Sequence record: NC_049852.1
Origin: Escherichia phage egaa
Strand: one strand, 5' to 3'
Length of the DNA: 51,643 nt
The position numbers were made by a program, and so were the translations under genes. The notes under the pieces are model-generated. The model made no database searches. It was not told the DNA's origin and worked only from the letters and a program-made list of their open reading frames with translations. Positions 15,657 to 24,374 of the stretch are shown one piece after another (the stretch's first letter is position 1; each line of letters opens with the position of its first letter).

Positions 15657-17984
15657 ATGGCAATTTACAGAACCGGACAGGCGTCAATGGACGCTCAAGG
15701 TTATATAACTGGATACGAAACGAAATGGCGAGAGCAACTAACGCTCATTCGCCCTGGTGCAACAATCTTTTTCATTGATGCACCATTTCAAGCGGCTGTG
15801 ATCAGTGAAGTTATCAGCGATACACAAATCCGCGCCATCACAACTGGCGGCGCTGAAATTGGGCGAAGCAACTACATTATTTTGCTGCATGACTCAATCA
15901 CTGTTGACGGCTTGGCGCAAGATGTTGCTGAAACGCTGCGTTACTATCAAAGTAAGGAAACGCAGATAGAGGAAGCAATTGAATTTTTCAAGAACTTTGA
16001 TCTGCAAAAGCTGATTGATTTACGTGATGAAACAGTGAGGAATGCAGTATCAGCCGCACAAAGCGAGCAAAACGCATTGCAGCAAGCAAACCGAGCCGAA
16101 ACGGAGGCTGACAGAGCGCATCAAGCGGTTGTAGGTTATCAGGGCTGGAAATACGAAAGAACTGTAAACGCTCCAGTGGGTGCGGAAGATGCAAAGTATT
16201 ACCCTGTGATCTTCCAAGAAAAAAACGTGGGTGATATGTCTCATTTAGGCGTTTTCTTCCAGATCTCAACTAGAAATATAACTGGTAATCATCCTTATAA
16301 TTCAGCGTCATTTGCTGGCTATGCTCGTACTTCTGGATGGAGTGACGGCGTTGATAGCGTTTATGGTAATTTCACTATCTATCAGAAAGATGAAAGAACT
16401 ATTGATTCTATTTTGATGCCAGCGAAAGCAACAGAAAAGGCGTTTGCAGTTTACATTCGCGGCGGCGCATTTCCTGTGAGAATTCACTGTGAAAGCAATA
16501 TTGATGTTGTTGTTCCAACATCAGATTATGCTCCAGATGGTTTTGTTGAAAACGCAACAGTGTTTAAGTTTGGCGCGACAGATCCGGGCGCTGAATGTAC
16601 AGAAGTAAGGGCAATGGTTTTAACTAACACAGGATTCTATGCGATTAATGATTATGTTATCCGCGATATTCTTTTGTTTAGGGATGGTCTTGGATTGGGT
16701 GAGAGACAAATACCAAGATTTTCCGATCTAGATCTTGTTCATCAATATTCTGGAGCTGATGAGCTTAGTGGGATCTTGAATTTACACGCAAAGGGTGATG
16801 ATGGTGTTTCTCGCGGTTATTCTCGCGTGTATGCTGAAAAGCAAACTGGATTATGGAAAACAACAATACATACAGCAAACAATGAAGGAGATAAACACGC
16901 ATACCTGCAATTTGATGAAGACTCAAATTTATCAGGTCTAAATTATGTTGAAATCAATGGGGCTGGTGGGCTTTACTCTAACGGGTGGATTACTGCAAAA
17001 CAGGCAATGCGAGTTGGCTGCGGAACTGCCGACGGAGGTAATAAAGATATTTACCTGACAAACGCAGCAGGAGATGGAGGCGCTTGGGGTTGGGTTAACC
17101 TCCTACAAGGTAACTGGCACAGTGGTTACTGGCAATTAGGTGCTGTAAGTGGTGATGCTGCAAATATAGCCCATACAAAACTACTGATTAATAATCAAGG
17201 GACTGACGCTAAAGAGTTTAGATTCCACAATGATTACGGCGGCTACGTGACGGCGCAACGTGGCTTTAATGGTCAGTGCATACAAGGCTCATGGGGGCTT
17301 GAATGGGATTTTATGGGTTCTCCTTTTCATGCCAACTCAGTACAAAACAATGATGGTGGTTGGAGTCCTATTGTTTCTGGTGGCTCTGTATCAACTGGCG
17401 GTTATTCTATGCGAGCTGGTTTTGGTGTGATATCAAACGGTAATGCCGCGTGGCCTGATGTAACGATAAAGTTAAATGGTGATGGTCGTTATCATCGCGC
17501 ATATAATTTTAGTTATTCTGGTAGCATTTATTCTTGGGGTAATGATCCGTGGGGTGGAAATTATGACTTCGCAAGAAATCCAACATCCGATCGTGATTTG
17601 AAACACGACATTAAGTATACAGACGGAAAGGAAAGCTACGATCGCGTAATGCAATGGTTGCCTGCCATGTTTAAATATAACGGATCTGATGTTCAACGTT
17701 TTGGCCTGATAGCTCAAGATCTGTTAAAAATCGATCCACAATATGTGAAACTCGTTCCAGGCTCACCGGTATTTGAGGATGTGATTGGAGTTGACGAAAA
17801 TGGTGAGGAATACATTGATCGTCAGATTGAAACTGACAGAAATGATGATACATTGGCGCTTGATAGCAACGTTATGCTAACTGATATGGCTTGCGCTATG
17901 GTTTACATGGGAGGAATGATCGAAAAACAGCAAAAGGAGATAGACGAATTAAAGGCGGCTGTTGCTGCACTGCTCAATAAATAA
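15657..17984 (+). CDS. side tail fiber protein with C-terminal intramolecular chaperone (peptidase S74-like) domain
   Basis: 775 aa from ATG with RBS GGGAGaaaacgcATG (track start lies within terminator); Gly-rich beta-rich body; C-terminal NPTSDRDLKHDIKYT...FGLIAQDLLKIDPQYVKL matches the S-D-x-x-L-K autoproteolytic chaperone signature. Confidence 0.7.
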   Translation: MAIYRTGQASMDAQGYITGYETKWREQLTLIRPGATIFFIDAPFQAAVISEVISDTQIRAITTGGAEIGRSNYIILLHDSITVDGLAQDVAETLRYYQSKETQIEEAIEFFKNFDLQKLIDLRDETVRNAVSAAQSEQNALQQANRAETEADRAHQAVVGYQGWKYERTVNAPVGAEDAKYYPVIFQEKNVGDMSHLGVFFQISTRNITGNHPYNSASFAGYARTSGWSDGVDSVYGNFTIYQKDERTIDSILMPAKATEKAFAVYIRGGAFPVRIHCESNIDVVVPTSDYAPDGFVENATVFKFGATDPGAECTEVRAMVLTNTGFYAINDYVIRDILLFRDGLGLGERQIPRFSDLDLVHQYSGADELSGILNLHAKGDDGVSRGYSRVYAEKQTGLWKTTIHTANNEGDKHAYLQFDEDSNLSGLNYVEINGAGGLYSNGWITAKQAMRVGCGTADGGNKDIYLTNAAGDGGAWGWVNLLQGNWHSGYWQLGAVSGDAANIAHTKLLINNQGTDAKEFRFHNDYGGYVTAQRGFNGQCIQGSWGLEWDFMGSPFHANSVQNNDGGWSPIVSGGSVSTGGYSMRAGFGVISNGNAAWPDVTIKLNGDGRYHRAYNFSYSGSIYSWGNDPWGGNYDFARNPTSDRDLKHDIKYTDGKESYDRVMQWLPAMFKYNGSDVQRFGLIAQDLLKIDPQYVKLVPGSPVFEDVIGVDENGEEYIDRQIETDRNDDTLALDSNVMLTDMACAMVYMGGMIEKQQKEIDELKAAVAALLNK

Positions 17985-18000
17985 CAATCTTTTTAACTCA

Positions 18001-18027
18001 AGCGCGGCTCCGGCTGCGCTTTTTTTC
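18001..18027 (+). terminator. intrinsic terminator after tail fiber gene
   Basis: agcgcggc-tccg-gctgcgct hairpin followed by T7. Confidence 0.65.
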
Positions 18028-18161
18028 GTCTTTATGCCAGTTGCTTACATATCGTTGACAAATGTTTTATATCTATTCCTGACAGTTAGGCGCATACTCT
18101 TTGTCGTAACATAAATGTTGCAAACTTTTTTTGTTTTTTTAACGTCAAAGAGGAATTTACT

Positions 18162-18863
18162 ATGTCAGATATGACTTTACTCCCTACTGGTGGTGGTTTT
18201 GGTGGCGAAGCTGGCGCGGCTGGTCTTGGTGGTGCTGTTGGCGGCCTGATTGGGTCATGGTTTGGTAACGGCTTTAATGGTCGTGGTGGTTATGGTGGTG
18301 ATGGTGCTGCTGTTGCTGTCGGTGCTAACGCTGTTCTTGATGGTATTAATAACATCCAGACAGGAGTAAACAACCTGGGGCTGCAAACTCTGCAAGGTCA
18401 AAACTCCACAAACCTTGCCGTTGAGCGCTCATCCGCATCAACCTTTAACGGAATTACCAGCCAGAATACGCAAAACCTGCTTGCATCGGTGCAAGGTTTC
18501 GCCGGACTGAATACCGCGATTGTTAGCGGTACTAACCAGACAGTTGCTGCGATTAATGCTGCTGATGTTAATGCTCTTGAGCGTTCCTATCAGGCACAGA
18601 TTGCAGCGGAGAGATGTTGCTGTGAGACTAACCTGAACATTGAGCGACAAGGTAACGCAACGCGAGATCTGATTCGTCAACAGTTCGCTGACTCTCAGGC
18701 TGTTCTGATTTGCGATATGAAAGCTCAGTTGCAGGAAGCGCGCTTTGCTCTTTCTCAGGCAAACCAGACCGCCGCACTGAATTGCAAAATCAACCAGGTG
18801 GAGCAATTGGTAAACTTCAAGTTGCCTACTCCTCAGACTCCGCCTACTGGCTGTTGCGGATGA
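18162..18863 (+). CDS. glycine-rich protein with Cys cluster (function unknown)
   Basis: N-terminus GGGFGGEAGAAGLGGAVGGLIGSWFGNGFNGRGGYGGDG; central CCCE and C-terminal PTGCCG; RBS aAGAGGAatttactATG. Confidence 0.65.
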   Translation: MSDMTLLPTGGGFGGEAGAAGLGGAVGGLIGSWFGNGFNGRGGYGGDGAAVAVGANAVLDGINNIQTGVNNLGLQTLQGQNSTNLAVERSSASTFNGITSQNTQNLLASVQGFAGLNTAIVSGTNQTVAAINAADVNALERSYQAQIAAERCCCETNLNIERQGNATRDLIRQQFADSQAVLICDMKAQLQEARFALSQANQTAALNCKINQVEQLVNFKLPTPQTPPTGCCG

Positions 18864-18912
18864 TAATAAATCAAGCGCCTTTCGGGGCGCTTTTCATCAA
18901 GAGGGCGAGACA

Positions 18913-19236
18913 ATGAAGATCCGTTATGCTGGCTATAAAATACCGCGCATTCATTTGCCGCGAGTTTCAATCGGGAGTGATGATCATGATGATGATTATG
19001 AGCGAGATAGCAAACATGATTCAGTTATGGGAAGTGTTATGGAAAGAACTAAGCACTATTCTAAGACCTGGGACGCGCACATTGACAAGCCAGGCGGCTT
19101 AATGTCGATTGTAGAAATGGAATACAAAGAGCTAATAACCGAAAAGGCAGACGGCTCGCATCATGGCATAGAGAAAGAATTAACCGATCTTGCCGCCGCT
19201 TGTATCTGCGCATTGCGTAAAATGAAATCAATGTAA
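18913..19236 (+). CDS. hypothetical protein (107 aa); C-terminal part weakly MazG-like
   Basis: ORF track; EMEYKELITEK...IEKELTDLAAACICAL resembles NTP-pyrophosphohydrolase helix pair (weak); start uncertain. Confidence 0.45.
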   Translation: MKIRYAGYKIPRIHLPRVSIGSDDHDDDYERDSKHDSVMGSVMERTKHYSKTWDAHIDKPGGLMSIVEMEYKELITEKADGSHHGIEKELTDLAAACICALRKMKSM

Positions 19237-19250
19237 AAAGGTTAACCGAT

Positions 19251-19742
19251 ATGCAAAACATTAATCAAAATGGCGCTGGCGTGACTCAATTCAACGGGAT
19301 GAGGCCGAAACAAATCATTGAGATTGGCGGCGTTAAATGGTCGTTACGGCGTGATGCTACTGATTCATCAATGGCGTTTCCTCACCAGAAAGTAAACTGG
19401 CTTAACGCTGGATGTGATCCGCTTGATGGCAACATTCATTATTGTTGGATAATGGGCGTAATTGCGCCAAATATGGGAACTCTTGAGCGTCCTGCTAATG
19501 TGATGTATATCGGTTTTCACCAACAGAGGATCATGATCGCACCAAATAGCGTTACTGTTGCAGATCTAGACAGGATGCATGTTTATGTAAGCGATAGTTC
19601 AAATTTTGTTGGTGAGTTTGTAGGAAAGTTTTTAGGAATTGAACCTGAAAAGCCAGTAGCAGAAAGGGAATCAATTAGCCCGTGGCCTGTAATGCCAGAA
19701 CAGCAATCAACTCCTGAAGGAAAAGCAAATGACGAAAAGTGA
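19251..19742 (+). CDS. hypothetical protein (163 aa)
   Basis: ORF track. Confidence 0.6.
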   Translation: MQNINQNGAGVTQFNGMRPKQIIEIGGVKWSLRRDATDSSMAFPHQKVNWLNAGCDPLDGNIHYCWIMGVIAPNMGTLERPANVMYIGFHQQRIMIAPNSVTVADLDRMHVYVSDSSNFVGEFVGKFLGIEPEKPVAERESISPWPVMPEQQSTPEGKANDEK

Positions 19743-19986
19743 AGGAATTGATCGGGTAGTTAAAGACCTGTCAGAGAGAGCGCACACAATAGCTGATGAA
19801 GGTCACTCACCAATATCAATCATGAAATCGGCAATGTCAGATTTTAACGGGCTTGGAAGTATGAGCGGAATGTTGTCAATAATGACCACTGGAAAACTTA
19901 ACACTCATCAAACTGAACTTGCAAAGAGAATTGCTGTTAAGGTGATTGCCGTGCTTGGGATGGCTGAAAGTGAAAAAGGGGCGTAA
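19729..19986 (+). CDS. hypothetical protein (85 aa)
   Basis: ORF track; overlaps upstream gene end. Confidence 0.55.
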   Translation: MTKSEGIDRVVKDLSERAHTIADEGHSPISIMKSAMSDFNGLGSMSGMLSIMTTGKLNTHQTELAKRIAVKVIAVLGMAESEKGA

Positions 19987-19996
19987 TGCCCCTTTG
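19975..19996. terminator. bidirectional intrinsic terminator between convergent genes
   Basis: aaggggc-gtaat-gcccctt; T-run on minus side (tttttc); stop of 19729-19986 lies in the loop. Confidence 0.65.
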
Positions 19997-20000
19997 TTGA

Positions 20001-20453
20001 TCAGAAAGGAATGTCGTCGTCAAAGTCCATAGGAGGTTGATTGCTTTGTCTTGGCTGTTGCGGTTGTTGCGGTTGATTCTGTTGTTGTGGTTGGCCCCAT
20101 CCTCCTTGCGTTCGCTGCTGATATTGTTGCTGGCTTTCCCCGCGCTGACTGAAGATAAGATTTGCAAATCCTCCTGGCATTAAACTTGAATACATCTTTC
20201 CGTTATATTCGCGCGTTTCAATGCGCAGCGTGTCGCAAGATACAGAAATAACCTTGCCAACCTGGAATGCCTCATCATACCAAACCTTAAGACCTTCTGT
20301 TTTAGCATTAAAAAAGAAACTGTAGTTTGTATATTGCCAGTTTCCATCTTTATCTTTGTATCTCTCTGAAAGTTCAACTACATAAAGTGTGCTGCCGTTA
20401 GGCATTTGCTTTACTCGCGGCTCTTTTCGGATCTCACCAGTAATAATATGCAT
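20001..20453 (-). CDS. ssb: single-stranded DNA-binding protein
   Basis: OB-fold-like N-terminus, Gly/Gln-rich linker, acidic C-terminal tail DFDDDIPF identical to the E. coli SSB tip. Confidence 0.9.
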   Translation of the reverse strand: MHIITGEIRKEPRVKQMPNGSTLYVVELSERYKDKDGNWQYTNYSFFFNAKTEGLKVWYDEAFQVGKVISVSCDTLRIETREYNGKMYSSLMPGGFANLIFSQRGESQQQYQQRTQGGWGQPQQQNQPQQPQQPRQSNQPPMDFDDDIPF

Positions 20454-20469
20454 TATTTATTCTCCTGTA

Positions 20470-20494
20470 AGAAAGGGGCGCAAGCGCCCCATGT
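20470..20494 (-). terminator. hairpin (possible attenuator/terminator) between erf and ssb
   Basis: ggggcgc-aa-gcgcccc; weak T tract (tttctta) on minus strand directly before ssb RBS. Confidence 0.4.
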
Positions 20495-20497
20495 CAA

Positions 20498-21154
20498 TTA
20501 TTCAAAATCAGTGATACTTTGCGATTTTACTTGCTCGTCGTTTTTTGTGTCAACTTCTGGCGAGGCAAGATTTTGCTTTGGTTGCGCTGGATTAAATCCT
20601 CGTGCTTTGCCGATCTCAAGCTCTGCCTTGCGCTTCTCGTAATGCTCTTTAATTACCTGCTTGCTTGCCGGATCGCTTGCCTTCCATGCTGATTTAAGCA
20701 CTTCTTGCAATTCGTTTACGCTTTCGCATTTCTCAATGTCACGCTTCCAGTCGTTTGCAGATTTAACGGCAATCTGTGCGTCATCGTCTGCCTGGCTTAA
20801 GCCAAATGCTGCGGCGGCTGCATAACGACGCGCGTATGTGAATGCAGATCCGACACCTTGAGGATCGTTTTTAACGATTGGTAGCTCTGCGTAAAATTTC
20901 ACCCACTGACCGGAAACATGAAGAACGGTTGTCTCAACCTTGATGCGGTTAGGTTGTTCGCTTTCAATCATGTCCTGCATCAACATTAGCTCGTTATCAT
21001 TCAATGCCGGAGTGATTGCATCAAGAACTGCATCAAGCGTTGCGTAACGATTTTTAAGGTGAGTGTTTTGCTTGTCCTTTTTGACCTTCACAAACAAGCT
21101 GCGAGCCTTATGCAGCGCTGGTAAAACCTTGTCGAATTGCTCTGATAGTTTCAT
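20498..21154 (-). CDS. Erf-like single-strand annealing protein
   Basis: [13 protein letters not shown] ... [18 protein letters not shown] pattern as recalled for the ERF family; sits next to an exonuclease (recombination module). Confidence 0.7.
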   Translation of the reverse strand: MKLSEQFDKVLPALHKARSLFVKVKKDKQNTHLKNRYATLDAVLDAITPALNDNELMLMQDMIESEQPNRIKVETTVLHVSGQWVKFYAELPIVKNDPQGVGSAFTYARRYAAAAAFGLSQADDDAQIAVKSANDWKRDIEKCESVNELQEVLKSAWKASDPASKQVIKEHYEKRKAELEIGKARGFNPAQPKQNLASPEVDTKNDEQVKSQSITDFE

Positions 21155-21199
21155 GATTAATTCCCATAATTCATGGCGGCTTTCGCCGCCTTATTGCTG

Positions 21200-21481
21200 T
21201 TAATGCTTTGTTTCTTCTTTAGTGTGTAATTTAATCAGATTTTCCATCATGCGATCAGAAATTTCTTTTACCGCCTTGATTGCTTCCTCGTTGTCTTCGC
21301 TCATTGTTGCAACAAGTACGACGTTATCGACTGCATCCATTACCTTTCTGATGTACTGCATTTCTTCTTCGCCTGCTGTTGGGTCAAGCGGCGCTACAAA
21401 GTCACGAAGCAACGTAGCCATTCCAGTTGCAAAATTATTGATGTGAACTGCTACCGCTGATACTTGTTTATTGTTTTCCAT
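21200..21481 (-). CDS. hypothetical protein (93 aa)
   Basis: ORF track. Confidence 0.55.
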   Translation of the reverse strand: MENNKQVSAVAVHINNFATGMATLLRDFVAPLDPTAGEEEMQYIRKVMDAVDNVVLVATMSEDNEEAIKAVKEISDRMMENLIKLHTKEETKH

Positions 21482-21562
21482 ATTTATTTCCTCACGTTTA
21501 CTGTTAACTTGTGCGGTGAATTATAACACCGCATTTTTCATTTGTTTAGCTATTTGTGCTGT

Positions 21563-22624
21563 TTAAATAAGATATTGCTTAAACTGGCGGCGCACCCAAT
21601 CAGGAGTATCAAGACAAACCTCCGGCTCACCGTTTGAATACGAAGGCCAAACGTCATGTTGCTGGCACATGGCAAACTGGTTAATTACGCTCATGTACTG
21701 AATGCGCCCGATCTTCAATTGCTCGCTGTTCATGCGGAAAGCCAACGGCAAATAAGGCTCTTTCTTCTCTTGCGCTAACAGTCGCACAACTATAGGTCGC
21801 TTTTCTTCTGGATACGCTTTTCTGAATAAATCACATTGCAACGCCATTTTCAAATAATAGCCGTGATTGTAAGCCAGGCGCATAAACTCAGCCGGATTCG
21901 CGCTCATTGTAGTTTTGTAGTCTGTGATCACAATGGCCTCTGTATAAATAATATCGCGGCAAATCGGCTGGCCTTTTTCATCGTAACCATCAATCAGCGT
22001 TGCGGTGACGTTCTTTGTTACGTCAACGTGATCGCATCGCACTTTGACTTTTACGCCGTTAATTTCACCGAACAACGATAATTCACGCTGTGCCGTCTTG
22101 CTATTCATGCATGCGTTATGTTCCGGTATTGATTCCAGAACCTGGCGCATTGCCACGCACGAATCGTAATCTTTAGCCTCGATTAACTGAACCCCATCGG
22201 CCCTGGCCTGACTTTCTGCGATCATGTCGATTAACCACATGACGTTAAGGTCTTCTCCGCAGTCAACCATCATTTTTATAAGTTCGGGGTAAGTCTTTCC
22301 GGTTGTACCTTTCAGGCCAAATGATTTCAGCTTTGCAGCAAGCGCCGTTTGGCTGGTTATCAGATCCTTAAAGTCTTCTGGCGCTGGCGCACGGCGATAA
22401 GTTTTTTCGAAAAGCTCCTTGCTTTCAAAGTTGGTATGCGACTGCGTACCAAAAACTAGCGCCTTGCTCTTGTCGTCACGCGGCTTGAACTTCCACGCTG
22501 CCGGGCATGTGCTGTAAATCTCTGCCAGGCTTGAACCGCTAACATAATCAGCCGTCCACGCTTCTGGATCGTGATAAAGCTCGTTGCTCATTTCTTCGCT
22601 GGTGTACGCCATAAACTTATTCAT
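21563..22624 (-). CDS. RecE/YqaJ-like PD-(D/E)XK exonuclease
   Basis: YHDPEAWTADYVSGSSL N-terminal motif and E...VITDYKT (D-x-K) core; upstream of erf-like gene. Confidence 0.65.
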   Translation of the reverse strand: MNKFMAYTSEEMSNELYHDPEAWTADYVSGSSLAEIYSTCPAAWKFKPRDDKSKALVFGTQSHTNFESKELFEKTYRRAPAPEDFKDLITSQTALAAKLKSFGLKGTTGKTYPELIKMMVDCGEDLNVMWLIDMIAESQARADGVQLIEAKDYDSCVAMRQVLESIPEHNACMNSKTAQRELSLFGEINGVKVKVRCDHVDVTKNVTATLIDGYDEKGQPICRDIIYTEAIVITDYKTTMSANPAEFMRLAYNHGYYLKMALQCDLFRKAYPEEKRPIVVRLLAQEKKEPYLPLAFRMNSEQLKIGRIQYMSVINQFAMCQQHDVWPSYSNGEPEVCLDTPDWVRRQFKQYLI

Positions 22625-22779
22625 GATTTGCCCTCGTTTGTTGGTATGCCTGCATTTTAGCTATTTAATGCGTTTAGTCAACAGTTATTTTGTTTTTTCT
22701 GTTCTAACAACGTTCCAGACGAATCGGATAACAAAATTTACATGTAAGTGATTGATAAATATCTTTGTTGTCTTTTTGT

Positions 22780-22980
22780 TCTCTTGTTCCTCCATTTGCG
22801 CCGGATATAGATATATAGACACACACAAGCACTGACACATACACAACCACATAAAAATTACCAGACACACAAAATCACACAAAACATAGATAACAAGAAA
22901 AAACAAATATAAATATATATACTGCTAACTTATTGATTTATATATATGTATATATATTTATCTGTATTTATTACGCTCTA
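22780..22980. repeat. CA-rich G-depleted tract plus (TA)n-rich segment (second copy of element at 586-720)
   Basis: acacacaagcactgacacatacacaaccacataaaaa...tatatatatgtatatatattta; shares atacacaaccaca with 616-628. Confidence 0.6.
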
Positions 22981-23049
22981 TTGTTGCTCACTTTTTGCGC
23001 TAAATTTACGCCTCCGCAGATTTGAGAACGCAGGAAAACAAAAAGAACA

Positions 23050-23093
23050 GAATAGCACTTTTTGCTAAACGACCGCCGCAAGATCGTGTATAG
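23050..23093 (+). promoter_or_regulatory. element variant AATAGCACTTTTTGCTAAAC + 22-nt spacer + TATAGT
   Basis: 57 nt upstream of lipoprotein gene ATG. Confidence 0.55.
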
Positions 23094-23125
23094 TTGCAAC
23101 CAACAACAACTAAGGAGATACCAAG

Positions 23126-23353
23126 ATGAAAAAATTAATCGCCGTTTTGATTGCAGCCGCAACCCTGACTGGTTGCGCAAATATGCCTAAGCGTGAATGC
23201 ACGGCTATTTATGAAAATAGCGGTATGCAGTATTCAGTTGCTATTTTTGGAGTAAAACGAGTTGGCGACCGCACTCTTGTTAAGGCTGGCTATCCGTTTA
23301 ATTTTCAGTGGGTAAGTATTGATAACTTTAAAAACGCTGATTGCAGTATGTAA
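23126..23353 (+). CDS. Llp/Cor-like superinfection-exclusion lipoprotein (putative receptor blocker)
   Basis: Lipoprotein signal MKKLIAVLIAAATLTGC; mature part PKRECTAIYE...VKRVGDRTLV...C resembles, from memory, T5 Llp (FhuA-blocking); single plus gene with own promoter and terminator next to tail tip genes. Confidence 0.6.
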   Translation: MKKLIAVLIAAATLTGCANMPKRECTAIYENSGMQYSVAIFGVKRVGDRTLVKAGYPFNFQWVSIDNFKNADCSM

Positions 23354-23361
23354 ATAAAAAT

Positions 23362-23386
23362 AAAGGGGCGAAAGCCCCTTTTTCAT
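23362..23386. terminator. bidirectional intrinsic terminator
   Basis: aggggc-gaaa-gcccct followed by TTTT (plus) and preceded by A-run (minus). Confidence 0.65.
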
Positions 23387-24024
23387 TGGTCGTAAATATC
23401 AGTCCTTATTGCAATTATTGAATTTCCGTTATTTGTTATAGATCCTGTTCCTGGCGTTGTCCTTGCTGCACCTATCCTTGTGCTTGAACCATCATACCTG
23501 CATGATGTATATATGTCAGAAGCACCCATGCCTACAACCGCACCAAGCCTTGAAGGGCAAACGGCATAAGAACCAGATAACGTTTGATCTATATTCGTTC
23601 CACCTGAAGAACCAGGAGTACCAATTGTAACAAGATCTGTTAGTACCCTGCTTTCATTAGTTAAAACCAACTTGCCGCTTGCATCCCATATAGCCATACC
23701 ATATTTCGGTAGATTTTGAGGGAAGATGGCAAATATATAAACAGTCATTGTAAATGATTGCCCGTATGGATTGCCTCCGTTTACATAAATGTTGCCACCA
23801 TTCCTGTAAGCTATTAATGCAGTTGGCTGCTGTGTGTTTGTTGTTTTTATAAATGCCATACATGGATAAGATTGATTTAATGGTATATTTGCGCTTGCGC
23901 TATGATAGGCAGAAGTGCCAGAAGATGAATAAGTGTACTTGCCATATAAGCAAAATGGCGTTGATTTTGGTGTGATAAATGGATTACCATTTGATAAAGA
24001 TAACATTGCTCCATATTCAGCCAT
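23383..24024 (-). CDS. tail-distal protein encoded downstream of J (candidate receptor-binding module), paralog of 24026-24331
   Basis: In-frame ATG (codon 9 of track ORF) MAEYGAMLSLSNGNPF; internal repeat MAIWDASGK; Gly/Ser/Thr-rich. Confidence 0.5.
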   Translation of the reverse strand: MAEYGAMLSLSNGNPFITPKSTPFCLYGKYTYSSSGTSAYHSASANIPLNQSYPCMAFIKTTNTQQPTALIAYRNGGNIYVNGGNPYGQSFTMTVYIFAIFPQNLPKYGMAIWDASGKLVLTNESRVLTDLVTIGTPGSSGGTNIDQTLSGSYAVCPSRLGAVVGMGASDIYTSCRYDGSSTRIGAARTTPGTGSITNNGNSIIAIRTDIYDQ

Positions 24025-24025
24025 T

Positions 24026-24331
24026 TTAAGCCCTCTCAAGAAAAACAACTAACTCGCACTTTGAAGAAGAATACCTATTTGGACCAACTGACGATGTAGG
24101 ACTAATTCTTATTGTATTTCCAGATGCTACTATTTCCCTTCCAACCCCTCTAGCACCCTCATCAAGCGAAACAACATACCCAACCTTAAAACCACTTGGA
24201 ATGCTAAAGCTCCACGATCCGCTTGTCTGACCAGCCGCAAGGCTAATGACACCAACAACGGAAACTGGCTTGATTCCGTAGTTGTTATACTTCCCGTTAG
24301 CATCCCACGTTGAAACACCATATTCAGCCAT
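24026..24331 (-). CDS. small tail-distal protein (101 aa), paralogous N-terminus MAEYGVSTWDANGK
   Basis: In-frame ATG (codon 33 of track ORF 24026-24427) with RBS GGAGGtttaataATG; track ORF start overlaps J. Confidence 0.5.
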   Translation of the reverse strand: MAEYGVSTWDANGKYNNYGIKPVSVVGVISLAAGQTSGSWSFSIPSGFKVGYVVSLDEGARGVGREIVASGNTIRISPTSSVGPNRYSSSKCELVVFLERA

Positions 24332-24374
24332 TATTAAACCTCCATAAATGCGGGGCAAATGCCCCGCTTTGATT

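Noticed and set aside
22685-23180. Track ORFs 22685-22906 (-) and 22971-23180 (-)
   Set aside because: Low-complexity translations of the CA-rich and TA-rich intergenic region; the second overlaps the lipoprotein gene start on the opposite strand
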